Of a stretch of 64,000 nt of DNA, positions 8,669-16,211 are shown piece by piece. How positions within the stretch are numbered: position 1 is the first letter of the stretch; every line of letters begins with the position of its first letter. Below the pieces are notes generated by a model. That model made no database searches, was not told the origin of the DNA, and worked only from the letters and a program-made list of their open reading frames with translations. The DNA comes from Alphaproteobacteria bacterium (GTDB lineage: Bacteria; Pseudomonadota; Alphaproteobacteria; CAAHEQ01; UBA3637). A program made the position numbers and the translations under genes. The stretch lies in NCBI GenBank assembly GCA_015062385.1, contig SUUT01000006.1, positions 7,587-71,586 on the forward strand. The letters are read 5' to 3'.

Positions 8669-9127
8669 ATGTCAATAAAAACAGATATATTATCTTCCAG
8701 TCAATCGGGAATGAGTGATGTGATATGGGATAAAGATTTATTAACCGTTCCTTGGGCTTGTGCCGGATTGGGGATAAAGCCTTCTGAAATTCGGATATTG
8801 ACGGCTTTAGCATTCTTTTGGCAGGGGCGTTTGGTCGGGTCGTTATTGTTTCATGATGGCTATGCCGGTCGGGATGTTTGGTGGACAATTTATACAGTAG
8901 ATAAACATTGGTGTCAACGGCGTTTTTTACGGACAATTTTTCGGGTTGCGTTTGAAGATTTTCATTTTCGCAGAATAGGAATTATTGTTCGGGCAGACAA
9001 TAAAAAATCATTGTCGTTGGTTCGTCGGCTTGGCTTTGTAGAGGAGGGACGATTTCGTCAAATTGAAGATGACGGAACGGATTGCCTTGTTTTTTCAATG
9101 CTCAAAAATGAAAATCAATTTGTATAA
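8669..9127 (+). CDS. GNAT-family N-acetyltransferase
   Basis: The C-terminal half (FHFRRIGIIVRADNKKSLSLVRRLGFVEEGRFRQ) fits the GNAT acetyl-CoA-binding beta4-alpha3 and beta5 pattern. Confidence 0.65.
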   Translation: MSIKTDILSSSQSGMSDVIWDKDLLTVPWACAGLGIKPSEIRILTALAFFWQGRLVGSLLFHDGYAGRDVWWTIYTVDKHWCQRRFLRTIFRVAFEDFHFRRIGIIVRADNKKSLSLVRRLGFVEEGRFRQIEDDGTDCLVFSMLKNENQFV

Positions 9128-9129
9128 TA

Positions 9130-9147
9130 TAGTTTTACTATAAGTTC
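9130..9147 (+). promoter_or_regulatory. conserved phage intergenic motif, copy 5 of 6
   Basis: atatagttttactataagttc, tandem with copy 6, which lies 25 nt downstream. Confidence 0.5.
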
Positions 9148-9154
9148 AGATATA

Positions 9155-9172
9155 TAGTTTTACTATAAGTTT
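9155..9172 (+). promoter_or_regulatory. conserved phage intergenic motif, copy 6 of 6
   Basis: atatatagttttactataagttt. Confidence 0.5.
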
Positions 9173-9357
9173 TGCTTTTGTTCGTTGTCCGAGACTTGTT
9201 TTATCGTTTTTGGGGGCGTAAAAAGTATTTTAAAGTAATAAAAAAATGTCAAAACAGATACGAATAATGTATCTGAATGATTTGTTCAATCAATTTTTAT
9301 TCAAATTTCAAGTGTGTCAAAAATAAATTTAAATTTTTTAAAAAAGGAGAAAAAAAT

Positions 9358-10056
9358 ATGAGTAAAGCAATTGGTTCGGTCTTAGGTACAAATGTTAAAG
9401 TTGATACCTCTGCCGGAGAGAATTATTTATCTTATTTAAAGTCTTATGATACGTCAACAGCCGATAAAACAAACAACTTAATGGCTCAGGAAGCGTATCA
9501 GTTGGCTTCTGATTTATCTAATCAAGGGCTGGTTTCTGCCGTTTCGGCTTCTGATGAAGCCCGTCAGCGGATGGAAAATGCAACATATCAATCATATATG
9601 GATCGCTTAATCCCGCAACATCAACAACAAATGGCTGATTTGGAAACCCGTTTGGCTAATCAGGGATTGTCGGTTGGTTCACAGGCTTATCAAACAGCCG
9701 TTAATAATTTAATGCAAGAACAAAATGATTCCATTAATCAAGCGACTTACAAGAGCGTTATTGCAGGTCAGGATGCTTATACGCAATCCCTAAATGATGC
9801 CATTGCAGCCGGTAATTTTACAAATACGGCTTATCAAACGGCAATTAATCAGATGAATGCACTCTTGCAAAATAGCCCAACGGGGTATCAAAATCAAGCA
9901 AATATCTATGCTGTTCAACAGGGTGTTGCACAACAACAGGCATCGGCAAAACAGCAAAGCTTAAACAATATGTTTGGCGTGTTGGGTGGGGCTTTAAATG
10001 CAGCGACAACCGCTTATGGTTATTCTCAAATGGGTAAAACTGCTTCAAACGGTTAA
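9358..10056 (+). CDS. Q/A/N-rich helical virion protein (ejection/scaffold-like)
   Basis: The start is taken at ATG 9358, behind aaggagaaaaaaat. The 232-aa product is low-complexity and coiled-coil-like. The call is by position only. Confidence 0.4.
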   Translation: MSKAIGSVLGTNVKVDTSAGENYLSYLKSYDTSTADKTNNLMAQEAYQLASDLSNQGLVSAVSASDEARQRMENATYQSYMDRLIPQHQQQMADLETRLANQGLSVGSQAYQTAVNNLMQEQNDSINQATYKSVIAGQDAYTQSLNDAIAAGNFTNTAYQTAINQMNALLQNSPTGYQNQANIYAVQQGVAQQQASAKQQSLNNMFGVLGGALNAATTAYGYSQMGKTASNG

Positions 10057-10203
10057 TCGGTGTTAACCTCAAATAATGCAGTATATCAGAGTGTTTTTTT
10101 TCTGTAATTTAAGTGTATCTGCATTTGATATTATTTATTTTTAATCAATAAATTAAATAGAATTATTAATGCTTAACATTAATTTAAAAAAAGGAAGGTT
10201 AAA

Positions 10204-11454
10204 ATGACAAATTTTAATTATGTTAATGATATTTTAAACGTTAATCGTCATGCTCCGAAAGCATTGGATTTAACGGGGATTGCCTCATTGCCGAATGCGG
10301 CGATAAATGGTTTACGAAATGGTATGGAGTTGAAAAATACAGTTTTGAAACAGCAGTCAACAGCAGATAGTTTATCTCGTCAACAGGCAGAAAACGATGT
10401 TCGGCGACAATATTTGCAAAATCCGGCTGCAAATACCATTTATGAGCCGTATTTTAACATCCGTCCATCTGGTCTTTCTCAAATGAATGGATATACAGTT
10501 AACGGCACAACTCAATCAGGTACCGATCGTTCTCGGATGATGCCGTCTAATGGATCTTCAATCAATAGTCGGGTAAATACATCCCGTACGCAAATGAGTG
10601 CAAAAGATAAAGAGTGGAATCGATTGACTGAGGCTGGTTTCGCTCCGCAAGAAATTATGTCTGTCTTATATCCGAAAGGTGTTCAAAGTAATGCTGTACA
10701 GCAAGAAAATCAAAAATCTTCAACAATGTTTGATAGATATGATTATTTTAACAAAAACAATCAAATAAATGACATTTCTAATCCAGTGAATGAAGATAAT
10801 TTTTCATCTTCAAACTTGATGAATGTTGGTCAAAATGTTTTTGTTTCTCCTCAACGTACACCGGTGGATTTTTCGGCTGTTGGAACAGATATGACAGTTC
10901 CTTCCGGCATGAATTTTGATACATCGGATGTGGCTAATCCGACAGATTTGAATACGTCATATCGACAAAATGCGTTTTCTTTTCCGCAATCGGATATCGT
11001 AAATGAAAAAACAATACCTATGCAATCGTTTATGTCCACATCTGAAACGGGGCCGATGAGTATGGATACAGTAAGTGATACATTAAATGCTTCCAATCCG
11101 GTAAGTAGTGAAATAAATACCTCAACGATGAGTGGAACAGTTGATAATGCATTTGTGTCAACAGGAACATCATCTGCTCCTACGGTTGAAAATATGCTAT
11201 CGACTTCCCCTGTCGGTTTAGGTGGAATGCATACAACAAATAATTATTCCTCCGAAACACAAAAATCAAGCGGACAAACATCATCGGTTGAAACTCAAAG
11301 CATGCATATGATGCCGTTTAAAACACAAGATGAATTGTATGCTTTTCAAGAAGCTGCTTTGGGAGCTGATTCTTCTTTAACCCCTGATCAACGCAATGCG
11401 CGTATTTTACAGGGCGTGCCAGTGTCTGATACATTTTGGAACAGCTTTGTTTAA
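10204..11454 (+). CDS. S/T/N-rich low-complexity virion protein (ejection/internal protein candidate)
   Basis: The 416-aa ORF has an RBS (aaggaaggttaaaatg) and extended S/T/N/M-rich segments. No family was recognised. Confidence 0.4.
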   Translation: MTNFNYVNDILNVNRHAPKALDLTGIASLPNAAINGLRNGMELKNTVLKQQSTADSLSRQQAENDVRRQYLQNPAANTIYEPYFNIRPSGLSQMNGYTVNGTTQSGTDRSRMMPSNGSSINSRVNTSRTQMSAKDKEWNRLTEAGFAPQEIMSVLYPKGVQSNAVQQENQKSSTMFDRYDYFNKNNQINDISNPVNEDNFSSSNLMNVGQNVFVSPQRTPVDFSAVGTDMTVPSGMNFDTSDVANPTDLNTSYRQNAFSFPQSDIVNEKTIPMQSFMSTSETGPMSMDTVSDTLNASNPVSSEINTSTMSGTVDNAFVSTGTSSAPTVENMLSTSPVGLGGMHTTNNYSSETQKSSGQTSSVETQSMHMMPFKTQDELYAFQEAALGADSSLTPDQRNARILQGVPVSDTFWNSFV

Positions 11455-11473
11455 CCGAATAAAAACCGTTAAC

Positions 11474-11503
11474 TTCCCCCGAAAAGATGTTTTTTCGGGG
11501 GAA
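11474..11503 (+). terminator. strong intergenic hairpin (ttcccccgaaaa-gatgtt-ttttcgggggaa)
   Basis: A 12-bp stem is read directly from the sequence. There is no clear T-run, so it may be a processing or attenuation hairpin rather than a true terminator. Confidence 0.4.
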
Positions 11504-11522
11504 AACGTTTAGGGAGCGGAAA

Positions 11523-11813
11523 ATGGACAGGAGAAGAAAAATGCCAAAATCTATGGATAGATTTTATGAAGTTCTGCATAAAACGGTGACCGGTTTTTTA
11601 ATTCCGCTTGTTTTTTATTTGTTGGGTCAAATCAATGAAGTGAAAAAAGAGGTATCAATTTTTGAGTTGCGGGTTGCCAAAGATTCAGCACAGTATGCCC
11701 TGCGAGATGATATCGTGCGGGTAGAAACAAAAATTGATGAGTTAAAAACACTTATCATACAGGAGGTTAAACGAAATGAGCATTATTACACCGGCTTTAA
11801 AAAAGCGGATTAA
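11523..11813 (+). CDS. holin or i-spanin-like membrane protein
   Basis: The start is taken at ATG 11523, behind gggagcggaaa. It has one TM helix (VTGFLIPLVFYLLGQI) followed by a coiled coil. It lies immediately upstream of, and overlapping, the endolysin gene. Confidence 0.5.
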   Translation: MDRRRKMPKSMDRFYEVLHKTVTGFLIPLVFYLLGQINEVKKEVSIFELRVAKDSAQYALRDDIVRVETKIDELKTLIIQEVKRNEHYYTGFKKAD

Positions 11814-12201
11814 ACGACATGAAGGGATGCGTCTTAAACCGTATCATTGTCCGGCTGGACGACTGACAATTGGCATTGGGCGTAATTTAACTGATGTTGG
11901 TATAACAGAAACGGAAGCTGAGTATTTGTTGGAAAACGATTTGCAATCGGCCGAAAAAAATTGTTCGGATGCGTTTATTTGGTATGAAAAACTGGATAAT
12001 ATTCGAAAAGGCGTGATTGTGGAAATGGTTTTTAATTTAGGATTTGCGGGATTTTTGGGATTCCGCAAATTGATAAAAGCGTTAACGATAGGGGATTATC
12101 TGACCGCTTCGAAAGAAATGTTATCCAGTCGTTGGGCAGCACAGGTGGGGCATCGGGCAGAGGTATTATCGTTAATTATGAAAACAGGAAAGGAGTATTA
12201 A
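11776..12201 (+). CDS. T4-type (GH24) phage lysozyme/endolysin
   Basis: HEGMRLKPYHCPAGRLTIGIGRNL aligns with T4 lysozyme [24 protein letters not shown], including the catalytic Glu and Thr. EMVFNLGFAGFLGF...SRWAAQVGHRAEVL aligns with NMVFQMGETGVAGF...SRWYNQTPNRAKRV. Confidence 0.9.
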   Translation: MSIITPALKKRIKRHEGMRLKPYHCPAGRLTIGIGRNLTDVGITETEAEYLLENDLQSAEKNCSDAFIWYEKLDNIRKGVIVEMVFNLGFAGFLGFRKLIKALTIGDYLTASKEMLSSRWAAQVGHRAEVLSLIMKTGKEY

Positions 12202-12202
12202 C

Positions 12203-12343
12203 ATGAAAGACAGACTATTATTATTTTTAAAAACAAACAAAAAGAAAATGATAACATTTATCGTAACGGGTATTTTAGCGGCGTTAGGTGTAGTAGCCGA
12301 TACAACGGCGTTAACTGAGTTATTGTCCGTTATGATACCATAA
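12203..12343 (+). CDS. 46-aa single-TM protein (holin/antiholin/spanin-like), below the ORF-track cutoff
   Basis: The ATG lies 2 nt after the lysozyme stop, with aggag 8 nt upstream. The product is MKDRLLLFLKTNKKKMITFIVTGILAALGVVADTTALTELLSVMIP, with a basic N-terminus and one TM helix. Confidence 0.5.
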   Translation: MKDRLLLFLKTNKKKMITFIVTGILAALGVVADTTALTELLSVMIP

Positions 12344-12354
12344 AAGGAGTGAAA

Positions 12355-13011
12355 ATGATGATTGTACAGCAAACGAAACCGGCGTTTTATCCGATAACGA
12401 CGGAGGATGTGTCGGCAACGGATATGCCGGAATGTCATCAATTAAATAATCGGATACATTCAGTTGAAAATAAGCTCAAAAAGCAAAATCATTCATCTGA
12501 AATTGTTTCGTCTGTTCAGCGAAAGCCTCAAAAAACTTCCGTTGAACGAAATTTGCAATCAGTTCAGGAAAAAAAGGTTTCTGTTTTTTCCGAACAGGAT
12601 GTATTGCCATCTCAGCGGAAAGCAGAAATGCTTTCCGCTGAACAAATTCAGTGTACAAAGCAAAAACAAACAGATGTTTGTTCTGTCACACAGGATGAAC
12701 CGACCCTTTTTTCATATACGATTGCAGACAGTTTTTCAAAATTATGTGATATTCAGGAAACTGCTTTATCCATGGCACCCAAACCCGATTTTACGGCAGC
12801 GTTAAAGTCGGAGGAATTAAAAGGAAAACTGTTTGGATTATATACGGATAAAAAGGATAAAGAAAAAGGATTTGAAAATTTACCGCAGTTGTTGGTTGAA
12901 TTTATTGAGGTTGATAAAACGGAATATCGAACATCATTCGGCAATGCAACAGCAGATAATAATCATTCGACAGAGGAAAATAGTTTGCCATTTACGGTAG
13001 AATATGTTTAA
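12355..13011 (+). CDS. hypothetical phage protein upstream of the large terminase (small-terminase position)
   Basis: The ATG lies behind aaggag. The 218-aa product has no recognisable motifs. Only its position suggests a small-terminase (TerS) role. Confidence 0.3.
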   Translation: MMIVQQTKPAFYPITTEDVSATDMPECHQLNNRIHSVENKLKKQNHSSEIVSSVQRKPQKTSVERNLQSVQEKKVSVFSEQDVLPSQRKAEMLSAEQIQCTKQKQTDVCSVTQDEPTLFSYTIADSFSKLCDIQETALSMAPKPDFTAALKSEELKGKLFGLYTDKKDKEKGFENLPQLLVEFIEVDKTEYRTSFGNATADNNHSTEENSLPFTVEYV

Positions 13012-13022
13012 GGAGTTTTTTT

Positions 13023-14348
13023 ATGCCAAAAATCAAGGTGTGCATACCGGCGGTTTTTCGTCCGTTGTTAAGTCAGAAAAAACGCATTAAATTTTATTAC
13101 GGCGGACGGGCAGGGGGAAAATCTTATGCTTTTGCCGATAGTTTACTGATTTTAGGGCGGATGAAAAAATTATTTATTGTCTGTTTAAGGGAGATTCAGG
13201 GATCCATTCGGGATTCTGTTCATAAATTGTTATCTGATCGTATTTCGTATTATCAGTTAAGTGATTATAAAGTGACTGATACAAAAATTGAAAATAAAGT
13301 GACCGGAACAGTTTTTGTATTTAAAGGTTTGCGAGATCAGGATCCGCAAAAAATAAAATCATTGGAGGGAGCAGATATTGCTTGGATTGAAGAAGCACAA
13401 ACCATTACCAAAAAATCATGGGATATATTAGAACCGACCATTCGTAAGCCGAATTCCGAAATTTGGATATCCATGAATCGAGAACAGGAAAATGATCCTT
13501 TATGGGTAGCGGTGGCAGTACAACCGGATGAAAATACGCTGGTTCAAAAGGTTAATTATACAGATAACCCCTTTTGTCCGCAGGAAATGAAAGATTTAGC
13601 CGATAAGTGTCGAGAGAAAAATCCGACGGATTATGCACACATTTGGTTAGGTGAACCCATTTTAAACGGAAATAATAAGCTGATAGATTTGCAGTCCGTT
13701 AAAAAGGCTCAATCGGGTCATCTGATTGAAACATCCGGTTCGTTGATTATCGGATTGGACATTGCCCGTTTTGGGGATGATGAAACTGTTTTTTGTTTCA
13801 GGCGGGGGCGTATATGTGAACGGTTTGAAGCCTATCGGAAAAAAGATACGGTAGAAGTGGCAAATATTGTCACGCATTACATTCAGCAATATCAACCATA
13901 TCGCATTTTTTTGGATATTGGCGGACAGGGTGCCGGTGTGTATGATATTTTAACGGACAGAGGATTTCGGGAAGTTGTTCGGGGTATATCGTTTGGGGAA
14001 AAAGCCATTCAATCAGACAGATACGTGAATAAACGGGCAGAAATGTGGGACGGTATTCGTCAATGGTTGACGGGAACGAGTCCTGTTTATTTGCCGAATG
14101 ATACAGCTATTACGGATGATTTATGTGATGTGAATAAAAAATACGATCGGTTGGGACGATTACAGTTGGAAGAAAAAGAAAGTTTAAAACGCCGGTTAGG
14201 ACGTTCTCCGGATTGGGGAGATGCATTAGCGTTAACGTTTGCAGAGCCGATATTTGAACAAGATACGCCGAATTTATATACGAATGATACGGATAAAATC
14301 AGCATTGAAACCTTGTTTTGCGATAAAAGGGAAGGTGCTGGTTGGTAA
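13023..14348 (+). CDS. terL: phage terminase large subunit
   Basis: It has a Walker A-like YYGGRAGGKSYAFA and an ATPase-coupling LREIQGS / IAWIEEAQ (Walker B-like). The C-terminal nuclease-like half has GLDIARFGDDETVF and FLDIGGQGAGVYD. Confidence 0.8.
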   Translation: MPKIKVCIPAVFRPLLSQKKRIKFYYGGRAGGKSYAFADSLLILGRMKKLFIVCLREIQGSIRDSVHKLLSDRISYYQLSDYKVTDTKIENKVTGTVFVFKGLRDQDPQKIKSLEGADIAWIEEAQTITKKSWDILEPTIRKPNSEIWISMNREQENDPLWVAVAVQPDENTLVQKVNYTDNPFCPQEMKDLADKCREKNPTDYAHIWLGEPILNGNNKLIDLQSVKKAQSGHLIETSGSLIIGLDIARFGDDETVFCFRRGRICERFEAYRKKDTVEVANIVTHYIQQYQPYRIFLDIGGQGAGVYDILTDRGFREVVRGISFGEKAIQSDRYVNKRAEMWDGIRQWLTGTSPVYLPNDTAITDDLCDVNKKYDRLGRLQLEEKESLKRRLGRSPDWGDALALTFAEPIFEQDTPNLYTNDTDKISIETLFCDKREGAGW

Positions 14349-14463
14349 TGGGAAAAGTAGGCTGAAAAAGCAGATAAAAGGGATGTGTTTCAGCAATAAT
14401 AAGGGTAGAACGATTTTTTATTAATGAAACACATCTAAAAGGGCAGAAAAAAATCTGCCCTTT
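14316..14463 (+). repeat. 148-bp perfect direct repeat, left copy (terL 3' end plus terminator)
   Basis: Base-for-base identical by eye to 16028-16175. It contains an 11-bp inverted repeat (gatgtgtttca ... tgaaacacatc) and the gggcaga/tctgccc terminator. Confidence 0.9.
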
Positions 14464-14464
14464 T
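14441..14464. terminator. bidirectional rho-independent terminator
   Basis: gggcaga-aaaaaa-tctgccc is flanked by A4 and T4. Confidence 0.75.
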
Positions 14465-14486
14465 CCCAACTTTGAGCCATATGATA

Positions 14487-14551
14487 TTACTGCACCAAAA
14501 TAGCTTGTGCGGTTGCAGATGATACAGTCGGTGTCGCATAAAAAATAAGGC
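14487..14551 (-). pseudogene. relic 3' end of a pilin-like Cys-rich paralog
   Basis: The reverse strand reads ...FYATPTVSSATAQAILVQ*, against ...FYASIDVFSSTAQAILIQ* at the end of 16212..18341. An in-frame stop lies just upstream, so only about 20 codons survive. Confidence 0.6.
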
Positions 14552-14692
14552 TATACATTTAATCGGGTTATTATTTGATGTTATCGAAAATGGTTTTAGG
14601 GACAAAAATGGATAGTTTAAGTTTAAAAATTGGGTAAAAGTTAAACTTAAATAGCATAATATTAAAATAAGTTTAATTGTTCAAACTTAAAT

Positions 14693-15817
14693 TTATAAAC
14701 CGGCTTCAATTATATCCATATACTTTTTGAATATGTATTTTTTATATCTTTTTGTTTGATTGGTTTGGACTAATAATCCTTTTTCCACAAATCCATTTAC
14801 TAATTTATTTGCGGTTGCTTTACTAACTTGTAATGATTTCTCAACTGCTGAAATCTCTAATGTTGGTTTGACGAATAAAAAGTCAAAAAGTTTATACTCA
14901 TTTTCTCCTTTTAAAGTATGGGATAGTTCATTTTTTAACGAATTAATTTGAGTAGTTGTTTGCATAATTTGTTTGCAAACTATTTCTATTCCTTTTAAAA
15001 AGAACAAAATCCAAGTCTCAAAATCATTATTTTCTCTTGTTTTTGTTAAGAGAGTATAGTATTCTTGTTTATGTTTTTTTAAGTATAAACTCAAATATAA
15101 TGTCGGTTGTTCCAAGATGTTTTTGCTTATTAAAAATAAACTGATTAATAAACGTCCAATTCTTCCGTTTCCATCTAAAAATGGATGAATGGTTTCAAAT
15201 TGATAGTGTATTAATGCTAATTTAATAACATCGGGAAGTGTTCCTTCATAGATATATTTTTCTAAATCACTCATTAAATTAATTACGGTATCTTCTTTGG
15301 GTGGAACATAAATTGCGGTAGAGGGATTATTTCCGCCAATGAAATTTTGACTTCTTCTGAATTCGCCGGGGGTTTTGTCGTTTTCTCCACCTCTCACATT
15401 ATTCATTAAAATATTGTGACATTCTCTTAATAGCCTTGATGATAAAGGTAATCCACCATTTTTGATTTGATTGGTGGCATAATTTAAAGCATGCAAGTAG
15501 TTTTTCACTTCTATAATATCTACTTTTATATCATCATTATTATTGTTTTCATTTTGTAAAATTTCCACCATGGTGGATTGTGTCCCTTCTATCTGTGATG
15601 ATAATAATGCTTCTTTTAATGCATATTTTTCAATTAAAAGTTCCGGATTAGGTAATAAAATATTTAATGCATTTAATTGTCCTAATGCCCAAGTTGCACT
15701 GGAGATTGCTTGATATAGATTTGACAAATCCAATTCTTTTTCTATTTGTTGTAATGCATTTGGTTGAAAAGTGTCATATCCTCTGCCAGAATTTACTTTA
15801 CTTCCGGAAATTGGCAT
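14693..15817 (-). CDS. Fic-family protein (class II, N-terminal inhibitory helix, C-terminal wHTH-like domain)
   Basis: It has the Fic motif HPFLDGNGRIGR and the inhibitory motif S-x-x-x-E-G in LLSSQIEGTQS upstream. The C-terminal ~70 aa are winged-helix-like. Confidence 0.9.
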   Translation of the reverse strand: MPISGSKVNSGRGYDTFQPNALQQIEKELDLSNLYQAISSATWALGQLNALNILLPNPELLIEKYALKEALLSSQIEGTQSTMVEILQNENNNNDDIKVDIIEVKNYLHALNYATNQIKNGGLPLSSRLLRECHNILMNNVRGGENDKTPGEFRRSQNFIGGNNPSTAIYVPPKEDTVINLMSDLEKYIYEGTLPDVIKLALIHYQFETIHPFLDGNGRIGRLLISLFLISKNILEQPTLYLSLYLKKHKQEYYTLLTKTRENNDFETWILFFLKGIEIVCKQIMQTTTQINSLKNELSHTLKGENEYKLFDFLFVKPTLEISAVEKSLQVSKATANKLVNGFVEKGLLVQTNQTKRYKKYIFKKYMDIIEAGL

Positions 15818-16027
15818 TTTTATCTCCTTTTTTTAATGTTAATTATTATAATTTATTTCAAAGTATAATGAATTTAAGTTAAAAAAACAAGATAAAATTA
15901 AACTTATTGGCAAAAATATAAGAATAAGTACAGAAAACTAAACTTATATTTTTGCTAATAAAAAAATTTTTTGTAAAGCAGAAACAACTTGTGCGTAAAT
16001 GATTTGATGTTTGCCGGAAAAAAGATA

Positions 16028-16175
16028 TTTTGCGATAAAAGGGAAGGTGCTGGTTGGTAATGGGAAAAGTAGGCTGAAAAAGCAGATAAAAGGGATGTGT
16101 TTCAGCAATAATAAGGGTAGAACGATTTTTTATTAATGAAACACATCTAAAAGGGCAGAAAAAAATCTGCCCTTT
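16028..16175 (+). repeat. 148-bp perfect direct repeat, right copy (detached terL 3' fragment plus terminator)
   Basis: Identical to 14316-14463. Here it is not attached to any terminase ORF. Confidence 0.9.
16153..16175. terminator. bidirectional terminator (copy), serves the gene ending at 16212
   Basis: The same gggcaga/tctgccc hairpin. On the minus strand it is followed by tttt. Confidence 0.7.
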
Positions 16176-16211
16176 AATTGTTCCCCTCTTTTTTATTGAA
16201 AAAAAAACAGT

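Noticed and set aside
8359-8936. ORFs 8359..8577(-), 8406..8591(+) and 8493..8936(-).
   Set aside because: The first two run through the REP/MITE hairpin units and translate the repeats. The third is antisense to the GNAT gene and also begins in repeat DNA.
12172-12441. 89-aa ORF on the minus strand across the lysozyme/small-TM/next-gene junction.
   Set aside because: It is antisense to three tightly packed, RBS-supported plus-strand genes.
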